This document shows positions 1-8,468 of a DNA stretch of 20,855 nt, one piece after another. Every line of letters starts with the position of its first letter. The stretch's first letter is position 1. Below the pieces are notes generated by a model. That model was given only the letters and a program-made list of their open reading frames with translations, searched no databases and was not told where the DNA came from. The stretch spans positions 1-20,855 of IMG/VR virus record IMGVR_UViG_3300010367_000012. One strand, written 5' to 3'. Both the position numbers and the translations under genes were made by a program. The DNA is from a virus.

Positions 1-114
1 ATTCACAATGAGAAATTGGGAACAGCTATTGCAGAAACAGTTGTCTCTCATATGCTACAAAAAGGATTAATAACATACGGAGAAACAGATGAGTTTTTGG
101 GCGAACAAACTTAA
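1..114 (+). CDS. 3' end of upstream gene (partial, hypothetical)
   Basis: Frame 1 open from base 1 (IHNEKLGTAIAETVVSHMLQKGLITYGETDEFLGEQT) to TAA at 112-114, overlapping the next start. Confidence 0.6.
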   Translation: MHNEKLGTAIAETVVSHMLQKGLITYGETDEFLGEQT

Positions 115-487
115 TGGTGAGCCAGTAAAGCAGAACACTGTCCCTTCAAGGGATATGTTTGCTGTCTATAATTCACCCACAATACCCCAGCAAGCTCCTC
201 AGACTCCCAGTATCCCTAACCAGGAATACACACCAAGCGTCCGCCTGAAGGAGGGTGGACGTTGTCCTGGTTGTGGTAGTGATAAGTATCTGATCCACGG
301 ATCATATGCTATTGCCTGTGGAGAATGCGGATATCACCCACGATTTGAACAGTCTGGCTATGGAGAAAGAAGTCTCCAGACAAAGCCAGGAGAAGCTAAA
401 GCCGCGCGTCAGTCTGGAGACAGTCAGACAATGCAGAGCGCAATCGCTACCCTTAATGCCGGTGGCGGAGACCATATCAATTCATAA
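89..487 (+). CDS. Hypothetical protein with Cys4 zinc ribbon
   Basis: GGAGA RBS; CPGC...CGEC motif. Confidence 0.75.
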   Translation: MSFWANKLNGEPVKQNTVPSRDMFAVYNSPTIPQQAPQTPSIPNQEYTPSVRLKEGGRCPGCGSDKYLIHGSYAIACGECGYHPRFEQSGYGERSLQTKPGEAKAARQSGDSQTMQSAIATLNAGGGDHINS

Positions 488-516
488 ATCTACTCATCCC
501 AGCGGAGTAATAAAAC

Positions 517-2442
517 GTGTCTAATTCCATGAGCCCATATCAGTCCTTTATTGCAATCTCTCGTTATGCCCGCTGGGATGATGAGAAACAACGTAGAGAG
601 TATTGGGAGGAAAGTGCAGACAGATATCTGACTTTCCTTTCAGAACATACACTGAAGAATTACCAGTACGATTTGGCTGAGATTATGCCTCAGCTACGAG
701 AGAACTTTATTGGACTAGAGGCTATGGGTTCTATGCGTGCCCTGATGACTGCTGGTCCTGCCCTTGAGCGTTCCAATATCGCAGGATACAACTGTTCTTA
801 TCTGCCTATTGATAATGTTGTTGCTTTTGATGAACTCCTTTACATCCTTATGAATGGAACTGGAGTTGGCTTCTCTGTTGAGAAAGTATATGTAGACAAG
901 CTGCCTGTTGTTGCCAAGCCTCACCGTTCCGCTACCTTCGTTGACGTAGAGGACTCCAAGGAGGGTTGGGCAAAGGCTCTGAGAGAGGTTATCCAGGCTC
1001 TGTACAAGGGTCAGAAGGTCATATGGGATGTCCGTGCTGTTCGCCCCGCAGGCAGCCGTCTGAAGACGTTTGGAGGGCGTTCCAGCGGTCCTGAACCACT
1101 GGTTGAACTCTTCCAGTTCGTGACTGAGATCTTCCAGAATGCTGGTGGACGTAAGTTGAAGACGATTGAGGTATTTGATATCGTCTGCAAGATTGCATCC
1201 GTTGTAGTAGTAGGTGGAGTAAGACGCTCTGCTCTTATTGCATTGACTGATCTAGATGACAAGTCTCTAGCTACAGCCAAGTCAGGGGAATGGTATATCG
1301 ATCACCCTTACCGTGGACTGGCTAATGTCTCCGCTGTTTACAATGGTCGTCCAACTCAGTCACAATTCATGCAGGAATGGAAGAATATCTATGACTCTAA
1401 GTCTGGAGAGAGAGGCATTTTCAATAGAGAAGCTTCTCAGAAGCAGGCAGCCAAGTATGGAAGACGAGTGGAGAACCTTGATTATGGAACGAATCCTTGC
1501 AGTGAAATTATCCTCCGCCCATACCAGTTCTGTAACCTCTCCACCGTTGTTGTCAAGCCTGACGATTCACTAGATGATCTGCTGGATAAGATTGAGATAG
1601 CTACTATCTTCGGTACTATTCAGTCCACCCTTACAGACTTCAGTTATCTCCGTCCTATTTGGAGACAGAATACAGAAGAGGAAAGACTTCTAGGTGTCTC
1701 TATGACAGGACAGCTAGGTCATGCTGTTCTGAATGGTTCCAAGGGTTCTGAGCAAAGAGACAAGTGGCTTGACGCTCTCCGTATCTATGCTGTACAAGTT
1801 AATCAGGACATGGCTGCACTGCTTGGCATCTCTGCGTCCGCTGCTGTAACCTGTGTGAAGCCAGAAGGAACTACTTCTCAGTTGGCTAACGCTGCGTCAG
1901 GTATGCACGCGTGGCATGCTAAGTACTATGTACGTCGTGTTCGTGGAGACAAGAAAGATCCTCTGTCTAGACTGATGCAGGATGCTGGTGTACCTTGTGA
2001 GGACGACGTAATGAATCCATCCGCAGTAGTCTTTTCATTTCCTGTGAAGGCTCCTGATGATGCTATTACTCGTACTGATCTGACAGCTATTAAGCATCTT
2101 GATTTGTGGCTGGCATATCAGCAGCACTTTACAGAGCACAAGCCTTCTGTTACGATCACCGTGAAAGAAGATGAGTGGCTGGAGACAGCCGCTTGGGTAT
2201 GGAAGAACTTCGATGAGCTATCTGGAGTAGCATTCCTTCCGTACTCTGACCACGTGTATCAGCAAGCTCCTTATGAGGACTTGACGGAAGAGCAGTACCA
2301 TGAGATGGTTGCTGCCATGCCAAAGGAAATCCCTTGGGAGGACCTGAGCTGGTACGAGTTGTATGATCAGACCGTAGGTACACAATCGCTAGCCTGCACG
2401 GCTGATGGTGGCTGTGAGGTAGTTGACCTAGTAGCAGCATAG
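517..2442 (+). CDS. nrdJ: Class II (adenosylcobalamin-dependent) ribonucleotide reductase
   Basis: YNCSY, GTGVGFS, TNPCSEI active-site loop, VKPEGT, C-terminal CTADGGC cysteine pair; no small subunit nearby. Confidence 0.93.
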   Translation: MSNSMSPYQSFIAISRYARWDDEKQRREYWEESADRYLTFLSEHTLKNYQYDLAEIMPQLRENFIGLEAMGSMRALMTAGPALERSNIAGYNCSYLPIDNVVAFDELLYILMNGTGVGFSVEKVYVDKLPVVAKPHRSATFVDVEDSKEGWAKALREVIQALYKGQKVIWDVRAVRPAGSRLKTFGGRSSGPEPLVELFQFVTEIFQNAGGRKLKTIEVFDIVCKIASVVVVGGVRRSALIALTDLDDKSLATAKSGEWYIDHPYRGLANVSAVYNGRPTQSQFMQEWKNIYDSKSGERGIFNREASQKQAAKYGRRVENLDYGTNPCSEIILRPYQFCNLSTVVVKPDDSLDDLLDKIEIATIFGTIQSTLTDFSYLRPIWRQNTEEERLLGVSMTGQLGHAVLNGSKGSEQRDKWLDALRIYAVQVNQDMAALLGISASAAVTCVKPEGTTSQLANAASGMHAWHAKYYVRRVRGDKKDPLSRLMQDAGVPCEDDVMNPSAVVFSFPVKAPDDAITRTDLTAIKHLDLWLAYQQHFTEHKPSVTITVKEDEWLETAAWVWKNFDELSGVAFLPYSDHVYQQAPYEDLTEEQYHEMVAAMPKEIPWEDLSWYELYDQTVGTQSLACTADGGCEVVDLVAA

Positions 2443-2449
2443 GAGTACA

Positions 2450-2785
2450 GTGAACGCAGATGAGCTTGTAGAAGTTTGGGCTCTTGGAGAGTACAAGAGC
2501 AAGTACCGTTACTATTCAGATACTTCATATTTCCACAAGTACAACCATCTGATAATGTGTCCGACAGTAAAGGCTACTCCCGTCCGAATGGGCTGGGAAT
2601 GTGGCTGCTACTCTGAGTACACACGAGATGATGGTTTTGAAACTGCATTCACTATCTCGTGTGCTTGTGGAGTAGAAGACTTCTTCCGACTGTCTAAGGG
2701 TGAATGGGATCTCCCTGAAATTCTGAAGCAGATGGAAGAATATGAGAGCACACAGTTCTGTCCCTACTGGAATGAGGAAGACTAA
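2450..2785 (+). CDS. Hypothetical Cys-rich protein
   Basis: AGGAG RBS with GTG start; CGCYSE and CACG motifs. Confidence 0.7.
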   Translation: MNADELVEVWALGEYKSKYRYYSDTSYFHKYNHLIMCPTVKATPVRMGWECGCYSEYTRDDGFETAFTISCACGVEDFFRLSKGEWDLPEILKQMEEYESTQFCPYWNEED

Positions 2786-2925
2786 TGCTTGAAGCGTGGA
2801 AGTCTGCTTGGGAAGAGATGTCGGATAACTTCTATGAGAATTGGCAGACGATTGTCTTCCATCTCTATACCCTCCAATACGTAATGGCTACGGGTGATCT
2901 GACCGTTTGGGAGCAAGATGTCTGA
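2785..2925 (+). CDS. Small hypothetical protein, 46 aa (not in ORF track)
   Basis: TAATG coupling; MLEAWKSAWEEMSDNFYENWQTIVFHLYTLQYVMATGDLTVWEQDV fills the gap before the HNH gene. Confidence 0.6.
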   Translation: MLEAWKSAWEEMSDNFYENWQTIVFHLYTLQYVMATGDLTVWEQDV

Positions 2926-3202
2926 TCGACATGGAATGGGCGCACAGGTTCTTCATGAGCTGTACGAACGGGACATGGGAATCTGTCAGGTATGCTTCCG
3001 CTATGCGGATATCCGAGACTGTAACGTAGACCATGTCATTCCCGCTGCTGATGGTGGGACGAGTGATATGGATAACCTTCAACTCACGCATTACTGGTGC
3101 AATACCATTAAGGCGGACAACAAGGGAAAGATTAACTTCAACGCCTATTGGTACCAGAAGCCCACAAAGCGACAGCTTCAGGCAGTTGATCGTAGGGCTT
3201 GA
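2918..3202 (+). CDS. HNH endonuclease
   Basis: RDMGICQVC...VDHVIP..DGG...DNLQLTHYWCNTIK. Confidence 0.9.
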   Translation: MSDRHGMGAQVLHELYERDMGICQVCFRYADIRDCNVDHVIPAADGGTSDMDNLQLTHYWCNTIKADNKGKINFNAYWYQKPTKRQLQAVDRRA

Positions 3203-3228
3203 CCGATGTCAGTAGGGCCTGATAGAGT
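3199..3228 (+). promoter_or_regulatory. recA promoter: TTGACC-N18-TAGAGT with internal TGTCAG-N10-TAGAGT (PafBC/RecA-NDp-like)
   Basis: Motifs read directly; near-copy at 15475-15504. Confidence 0.75.
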
Positions 3229-3247
3229 AACTTCTATCAGGCCCTAC
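3212..3247. repeat. Perfect 15-bp inverted repeat over the -10 and start region of the recA promoter
   Basis: GTAGGGCCTGATAGA-gtaact-TCTATCAGGCCCTAC. Confidence 0.9.
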
Positions 3248-3265
3248 GCTATTTTGGGAGATAGA

Positions 3266-4309
3266 TTGAACGACGAATTAAAGTCTTTTATGGCCAAGAT
3301 GAATAAGCAATTAGAGAAGGATGGGAAGCCCCTTCTATTCACAGCATCTTCTATGCCTGTGATTAAGAAGTTCACTTCTGGTCTTCTCGCACTAGACGTA
3401 GCGTTAGGCGGAGGTTGGCCCGGAAATAAGTGGGTTGAGATTTACGGTAAGGAATCCAACGGTAAGACCAGCATCATTCTGAGAACTATTGCAGCTAATC
3501 AGGCATTGAATCCTGATTTCATGACGTTCTGGGTTGCCTCTGAGTATTTCGATCCTGCGTGGGCTACACAGAATGGTGTAGATGTTTCAAAGGTAATTGT
3601 GTTTGACACTAATAACATGGAGACTGCTTACCAGATGGTAATTGATGCAGCAGCCTCACATCAATTTGATTGCCTTGTGATTGACTCCTACCCGGCTATG
3701 GCGGCGGGAGAAGAAATTGATAAGGCCATGGATCAGAACTCTATGGCACTAGGAGCTAGACGTACCGGTCAGTTCTTCCGTAAGATTGAGGGACATTATT
3801 CTCAGGACCGACCATATATTGGTTTCTTTGTTAATCAGTTACGTGATGCAATCGGGTCTTTCTCACCATATGGCACGCCGACGACAACGCCAGGAGGAAA
3901 GGCAAAGAATTACTTCTTCTACCAGCGTGTACTTATCTCCAGAGATGAATTCATTGAGGAGAAGGTGGAAGGACAGGGTAAGGTAAAGGTTGGACAGACT
4001 AACAAGTACCTGCTAGAAAAGAACAAGGCTGCGGCTCCTAAGTCTGTAGCTATGGGAGACTTCTACTTCCTGGATTCTGAAAAGGGATTCCATGCTGGTG
4101 AGTTTGATACTACAAAGGACATCATTACTATGGCTGTCCTCTTCAAGGTCATCAAGCGTGCTGGTGCCTGGTTCAGCTACACCACACTTGACGGAGAAGA
4201 GTTTAAGTGGCAGGGTAGAGATCCGATGGTGGAAGACATTCGTAGTAATCTAGACCTTAAGGAAGAAATCTTCGCTAAGACTCTAGAAATTGCTACGAAT
4301 AAGGAATAA
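3266..4309 (+). CDS. recA: RecA-like recombinase
   Basis: TSGLLALDVALGGGWP, Walker A GKESNGKT, Walker B VIDS, NQLRD, TTPGGKA, AGAWFSY. Start moved to TTG 3266 after GGAGA RBS because the track start 3206 lies inside the promoter. Confidence 0.93.
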   Translation: MNDELKSFMAKMNKQLEKDGKPLLFTASSMPVIKKFTSGLLALDVALGGGWPGNKWVEIYGKESNGKTSIILRTIAANQALNPDFMTFWVASEYFDPAWATQNGVDVSKVIVFDTNNMETAYQMVIDAAASHQFDCLVIDSYPAMAAGEEIDKAMDQNSMALGARRTGQFFRKIEGHYSQDRPYIGFFVNQLRDAIGSFSPYGTPTTTPGGKAKNYFFYQRVLISRDEFIEEKVEGQGKVKVGQTNKYLLEKNKAAAPKSVAMGDFYFLDSEKGFHAGEFDTTKDIITMAVLFKVIKRAGAWFSYTTLDGEEFKWQGRDPMVEDIRSNLDLKEEIFAKTLEIATNKE

Positions 4310-4311
4310 CT

Positions 4312-4698
4312 ATGGCTATTACTGGTGCTAAGACCATCATTGTTACAGGAAAGTACGTAAATTTCATCAGTGGCGCTGGTGAGAACGGTACAGTACAGTT
4401 CATTCCATCCATGCCCAGTCTGTCTGATGCCGCAGACAATCAGTTCTTGACAATTCCCCCGTTTGTTGCTGTACTTCCAGGGACAATCGGGGGAACCCCG
4501 AACAGTAGTGGTCCGGGTACCTTCAGCATCACGTTGCCATGTACAGACAACAACGAGTTGCACCCTGAAGGATTTACCTATACCATCATCGAACGCGTTA
4601 CCAACATGGCGAACCGCACTACTAAGGGAGTCTTGATTCCCAGCACGCTAGGTAGTACAGTGGACCTAACAGACGTACTCGCCCCGTACTTGGGATAA
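4312..4698 (+). CDS. Hypothetical beta-rich protein resembling N-terminal domains of actinophage tail proteins
   Basis: GTVQFIPS...GTFSITLPCTDN..LHPEGFTYTIIE pattern; coupled to recA. Family call is tentative. Confidence 0.55.
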   Translation: MAITGAKTIIVTGKYVNFISGAGENGTVQFIPSMPSLSDAADNQFLTIPPFVAVLPGTIGGTPNSSGPGTFSITLPCTDNNELHPEGFTYTIIERVTNMANRTTKGVLIPSTLGSTVDLTDVLAPYLG

Positions 4699-4718
4699 AT
4701 ACTACAAGGGAGACAGCA

Positions 4719-4943
4719 ATGACAATGACGACCGATGAGGCAATGAACCGTGCGCGTGTTGAGTTCGCTAAGTACCAGCTTCTTTTCCTGGAGCAGGAGC
4801 GACTGAACCCTGACCTTTCTTTTGATGAGGTTCAGGTGCTGGTTGACTATGACCACCCGATCTTTGAGGATGAGGAAGACCAGGCTAGTTATGACACGGC
4901 CGCAATGATCGTTGCTTTCGAAGTCATCATGTCTGTTCTTTAA
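4719..4943 (+). CDS. Acidic hypothetical protein
   Basis: GGAGA RBS, clean ORF. Confidence 0.7.
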   Translation: MTMTTDEAMNRARVEFAKYQLLFLEQERLNPDLSFDEVQVLVDYDHPIFEDEEDQASYDTAAMIVAFEVIMSVL

Positions 4944-4956
4944 TTAGGAGGATTAC

Positions 4957-5577
4957 ATGGAGTTCAAGCCCTGGCCTAGCATCCCTCGTATGTCGAAGGA
5001 GCAGGTTACTGTAACTGAGAAGATCGATGGCTCGAATTCAGCGGTTCGTATTCGTCCATTCAATATCGATGATGACCGTATCGATCAGGTTGATACAGTC
5101 TCTATCGATGGTGAGAAGTACACTCTGTGGGCACAGTCCCGTAAGCGTCTCCTTCAGCCTGTAAAGGAAAAGGACAACTTTGGATTTGCTCGTTGGGTCT
5201 ACGACAATGCTCCTGCACTTGTTCGTGTGCTTGGTCCTGGTGACCACTATGGCGAGTGGTGGGGAAGCGGCATTCAGCGGTCCTACGGGCTGTCTGAGAA
5301 GCGTTTCAGCCTCTTCAATGCTCCTCGTTGGTCTGAGGTTCTGAGTCCCACAGAAGCGCTCTCAGAGGTTTCTAACCTGTACATCGTTCCACTGCTCTTC
5401 AAGGGTAGGTTCTACGATCTCGACACCAAGTCTCTTCGTGATGATCTGGTGGAGAACGGCTCGAAGGTTGTCCCTGGCTTCAAGTCAGAAGGCATGGTAG
5501 TGTACCTTCGAGAGGTCAACGCGAGTTACAAGGTTCTCTTGGAGAACGACGAAATCCACAAGTGGGAGACAAAGTAG
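4957..5577 (+). CDS. RNA ligase (Rnl2-like adenylation domain)
   Basis: Motif I TEKIDGSN, QSRKR, GEWWG, FSLF, EGMVV, terminal YK. Confidence 0.85.
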   Translation: MEFKPWPSIPRMSKEQVTVTEKIDGSNSAVRIRPFNIDDDRIDQVDTVSIDGEKYTLWAQSRKRLLQPVKEKDNFGFARWVYDNAPALVRVLGPGDHYGEWWGSGIQRSYGLSEKRFSLFNAPRWSEVLSPTEALSEVSNLYIVPLLFKGRFYDLDTKSLRDDLVENGSKVVPGFKSEGMVVYLREVNASYKVLLENDEIHKWETK

Positions 5578-5635
5578 TTGCTTGTCTCGTCATCCTCTAG
5601 TAGGATGGCGTGGCTGGTCACTACTAGGAGTAAAA

Positions 5636-6031
5636 ATGACGAACATGCGTAAGGTTGCTGCGGCTACTCTGGCGGCTGTTACCTTGGGTATTACTGCAAC
5701 TGCTTGTAGCAGCGAGGCTGATACAGCGTCAAGCAATGTGTCAAAGGCTGCTGATAACTTCCAGGTCAACCGTCGAATTGTTGTGATCAACGGCATCACT
5801 GACAAGTACCTGCTTGTTATCACGGGAGCCTGTTCTATCAATACGGATGACCCTCACAAGCTTGTGACCACATGCAAGACTGGTCCTGGTCAGTACAAGA
5901 AGTTCTATGCTGGACTGGCCAACAACGTTACGTGGACTGTGGAGCAGGGTTCTTCTGTTAAGGTGAGCGGATACCACTACAAGGTGATCTTCCGTCCGTC
6001 TACTCTTGTTCCTGACATCGATTTCAACTAA
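5636..6031 (+). CDS. Phage lipoprotein
   Basis: AGGAG RBS then ATG 5636; basic N-terminus, hydrophobic helix, lipobox-like ATAC; ADNFQVNRRIVVINGITDKYLL. Confidence 0.75.
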   Translation: MTNMRKVAAATLAAVTLGITATACSSEADTASSNVSKAADNFQVNRRIVVINGITDKYLLVITGACSINTDDPHKLVTTCKTGPGQYKKFYAGLANNVTWTVEQGSSVKVSGYHYKVIFRPSTLVPDIDFN

Positions 6032-6106
6032 GATCCTCAGCCAGTACCTGAACAATGGGTACTGGCTTGAGGCAGTAGAAAATCCATTCCAATTAGGAGG
6101 CAATAA

Positions 6107-6376
6107 ATGCTTATCACTGGTGCTTACATCGCGGGCGGAATCATTTACGCGATTGGTTTCTTCACCTCTCTGTCTGACGTTCTGGACAACGGTAAGAGCC
6201 TGAAGGAGTACCGCGAGAAGTATGGGCACGACCTTGGTCTGATCGCGTGTGGTTTCTCTCGTGGTTTCGTGACCGTTGGTTGGCCTGCATTCGGTGGCAT
6301 CAAGTTTGGTGTGGGTATTGTTCGGGATGCTATCCGTCTGGTCCTTGGTAAGAAGCCGAAGGTTGTTGAGAAGTAA
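6107..6376 (+). CDS. Small membrane protein
   Basis: AGGAGG RBS; N-terminal hydrophobic segment and a second hydrophobic stretch. Confidence 0.7.
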   Translation: MLITGAYIAGGIIYAIGFFTSLSDVLDNGKSLKEYREKYGHDLGLIACGFSRGFVTVGWPAFGGIKFGVGIVRDAIRLVLGKKPKVVEK

Positions 6377-6486
6377 TGGCTTCAACTTGTCCATTATGTG
6401 ACAAGAAATTCAAAACGGATAAAGAACTCTACGCGCACATGCCTAAGTGTTCTTATCCAAAAGATAAAAGGAAAGAAAAGAAATAA
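6376..6486 (+). CDS. 36-aa C2HC zinc-finger protein (not in ORF track)
   Basis: TAATG coupling; MASTCPLCDKKFKTDKELYAHMPKCSYPKDKRKEKK; stop abuts next GTG. Confidence 0.7.
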   Translation: MASTCPLCDKKFKTDKELYAHMPKCSYPKDKRKEKK

Positions 6487-6816
6487 GTGGCTGATGTAAA
6501 AGACAGCCAGAGGCAGGAACGCCGTCTAGCCATAGCGCTAGGCGGCTCTGTCAATTCTGGTTCAGGTAATGGTTGGGTTCGTAAGGGTGACGTGAGAACG
6601 GAGGAAGAACTATTCGAATTGAAGATTACCAGTGCCAAATCCTATTCCCTTAAAGACGCAGAGCTTGAGAAGAATGCGGAACAAGCGCTGATAGATGGAC
6701 GTATTCCAGTCTTTATGGTAGAGTTCAAGACCACTGGTAACGCATGGGTAATAATGTCGAAAGATGATTACCTGACTCTTAGGGAAGAAGCAAGTATTGG
6801 TAATGAAATTACGTAG
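6487..6816 (+). CDS. Hjc-like PD-(D/E)XK Holliday junction resolvase
   Basis: QERRLA, SGSG, KGDV, FELK motif. Confidence 0.75.
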   Translation: MADVKDSQRQERRLAIALGGSVNSGSGNGWVRKGDVRTEEELFELKITSAKSYSLKDAELEKNAEQALIDGRIPVFMVEFKTTGNAWVIMSKDDYLTLREEASIGNEIT

Positions 6817-7138
6817 TGTTGCTCCTCAATGGTTTCACGATGATCCAAAGAAGACAGCCAAATGTGTGTCCTTTCCCGCTACTGCGGATTATGACCCTTG
6901 GTATGGAGAGTCGGATGATCCTGATGCTGTAGACGAGACAGAAGACGCAAAGAATATCTGCTTAGGCACGTACGATGGACGACCGTGCCCCTTAAAGGAA
7001 CTCTGCTTAGAATTCGCTATGGTCAATAACGAACGCTGGGGAGTCTGGGGCGGGATGTCACCTGATGAACGTGCGAAACTGAGAAAGGAAAAGAGAAAGA
7101 ATTGGCAACCATCAGCAGCGGCTGGGGACCTAAGCTAA
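6803..7138 (+). CDS. whiB: WhiB-family transcription factor
   Basis: Four Cys, AKNIC..CP...CLEFAM, WGVWGG turn, basic tail. Confidence 0.9.
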   Translation: MKLRSVAPQWFHDDPKKTAKCVSFPATADYDPWYGESDDPDAVDETEDAKNICLGTYDGRPCPLKELCLEFAMVNNERWGVWGGMSPDERAKLRKEKRKNWQPSAAAGDLS

Positions 7139-8103
7139 AAGGTAACCTAGCTAATTACGCCAATGCTTCTAAGGGAACCGTTCTCTTGGGAGATATTCAA
7201 GCCCATATGATTAAGGAAAATGCCAAGCCTTCCACTCGTAGGCAAGACATCGTGCACCCGTCTGAGACGTCGAAAGAAGACTGGTGTCCCCTGGCTACCT
7301 ACCATCGGATTTTGGCCTGTAGAGAGGCAAACAACCCCTATCTCAAGCCTGCTGAGACCATCGCTCCACAGCTCCTGAACATCTTCGATGAGGGACACAA
7401 CATCCACGACAAGTGGCAGCGTCGAATCTGGAAGATGGGAGATCTCTGGGGTAACTGGAAGTGTCTGAGATGTGATACCTTCGTCAGATCTGACAACCTT
7501 CCTGACAAGTGCCATATATGCGGCATGGGTGTTGAAGGAATGCAGTATCTTGAGGTACCCTTGCGCTATGACCCGCTGTTGATCGCTGGTCATGCAGATG
7601 GCGCGGTTCCAAAGCTGAATGCTCTTATCGAGATTAAGTCGGTAGGCGCTGGTACCGTTAGAATGGAAGCACCTGATATATACAAAGCGAATGTTGATGG
7701 CTCACATATCAATCTTCAAGGTTTGTGGAAGGACATCAAAGAGCCTTTCCCAAGCCATATCAGACAGGGTCAGCTATATCTAGCTCTTTGTGCTCGAATT
7801 GGATTGCCATTTGATCAAATCCTCTTTCTATATGAAAGTAAGTTTAATCAGGGTGTAAAGGAATTCCTTGTAAAGTACGACCCTGAAGTGTCAAGGGGCA
7901 TTCTATTGAATTGCTCTGATATTGTCGCTGCTCTGGATTTGGGGGGACCGCTTCCAGAGTGCCCTACTGGTACGTGTAAAGATTGCGAGAAATATGGCAC
8001 GCAGAAATCCGATTCAGAGCGGATGGTTAGAGAACACAACTCTGAGAGAAAAGCCGTCAGACGACCAACCAGTTCTCCCACCAGGATTGTCAGATCTACC
8101 TGA
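7102..8103 (+). CDS. Cas4/RecB-like PD-(D/E)XK exonuclease
   Basis: HPSE..WCP, GHNIH, GHADG, IEIKS, QGQLY, C-terminal CPTGTCKDC; internal CLRC/CHIC Zn insert. Confidence 0.8.
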   Translation: MATISSGWGPKLKGNLANYANASKGTVLLGDIQAHMIKENAKPSTRRQDIVHPSETSKEDWCPLATYHRILACREANNPYLKPAETIAPQLLNIFDEGHNIHDKWQRRIWKMGDLWGNWKCLRCDTFVRSDNLPDKCHICGMGVEGMQYLEVPLRYDPLLIAGHADGAVPKLNALIEIKSVGAGTVRMEAPDIYKANVDGSHINLQGLWKDIKEPFPSHIRQGQLYLALCARIGLPFDQILFLYESKFNQGVKEFLVKYDPEVSRGILLNCSDIVAALDLGGPLPECPTGTCKDCEKYGTQKSDSERMVREHNSERKAVRRPTSSPTRIVRST

Positions 8104-8461
8104 CGATGTACTGATGGATCTGTTGGTTGATTTCACCAACTGGACTGGCTATGCTGGTTATCAAGTTGCTTTGAATGAAATTGCCGAAAGAAAGGCCGAA
8201 CGCAGTCTTCAGCGCGTATTCGACCGATACAGTATTGTCCATAAGAAGGAGAAGACTGTAGCAGCGACTAAGGCAATGGTTCAGCAAGAGGAAGAATATA
8301 TGGAGGCAGAAGACGCAGTTGAACTAGCGTACGCGGTAACGAAACTCTCAAAATCGGAATATACCCACCTAGAGGCTGCAAGTAAGGTAGTATCCAGAGA
8401 ACTGTCTCGCCGTATTTCTAGACGTGATCTAGAAGGCCGTGTAGACAAATACGCATCGTAG
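7994..8461 (+). CDS. Helical protein, possibly a UvsY-like recombination mediator
   Basis: All-helical 155 aa with EKTVAATKAMVQQEEEYMEAE and VSRELSRR; context with RecA and a nuclease. Function inferred. Confidence 0.5.
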   Translation: MARRNPIQSGWLENTTLREKPSDDQPVLPPGLSDLPDDVLMDLLVDFTNWTGYAGYQVALNEIAERKAERSLQRVFDRYSIVHKKEKTVAATKAMVQQEEEYMEAEDAVELAYAVTKLSKSEYTHLEAASKVVSRELSRRISRRDLEGRVDKYAS

Positions 8462-8468
8462 GTGGAAA

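Noticed and set aside
3206-3265. Track N-terminal extensions of recA (also 5582, 7922, 14614, 15504, 16702)
   Set aside because: They run through promoters, hairpins or upstream genes; downstream starts have better RBS or coupling
517-4309. Intein or intron in nrdJ or recA
   Set aside because: Both are normal length and uninterrupted; the HNH is free-standing
7102-8103. Cas4-like gene as sign of a CRISPR system
   Set aside because: No repeat-spacer array or other cas genes; solo Cas4-like nucleases are common in phages
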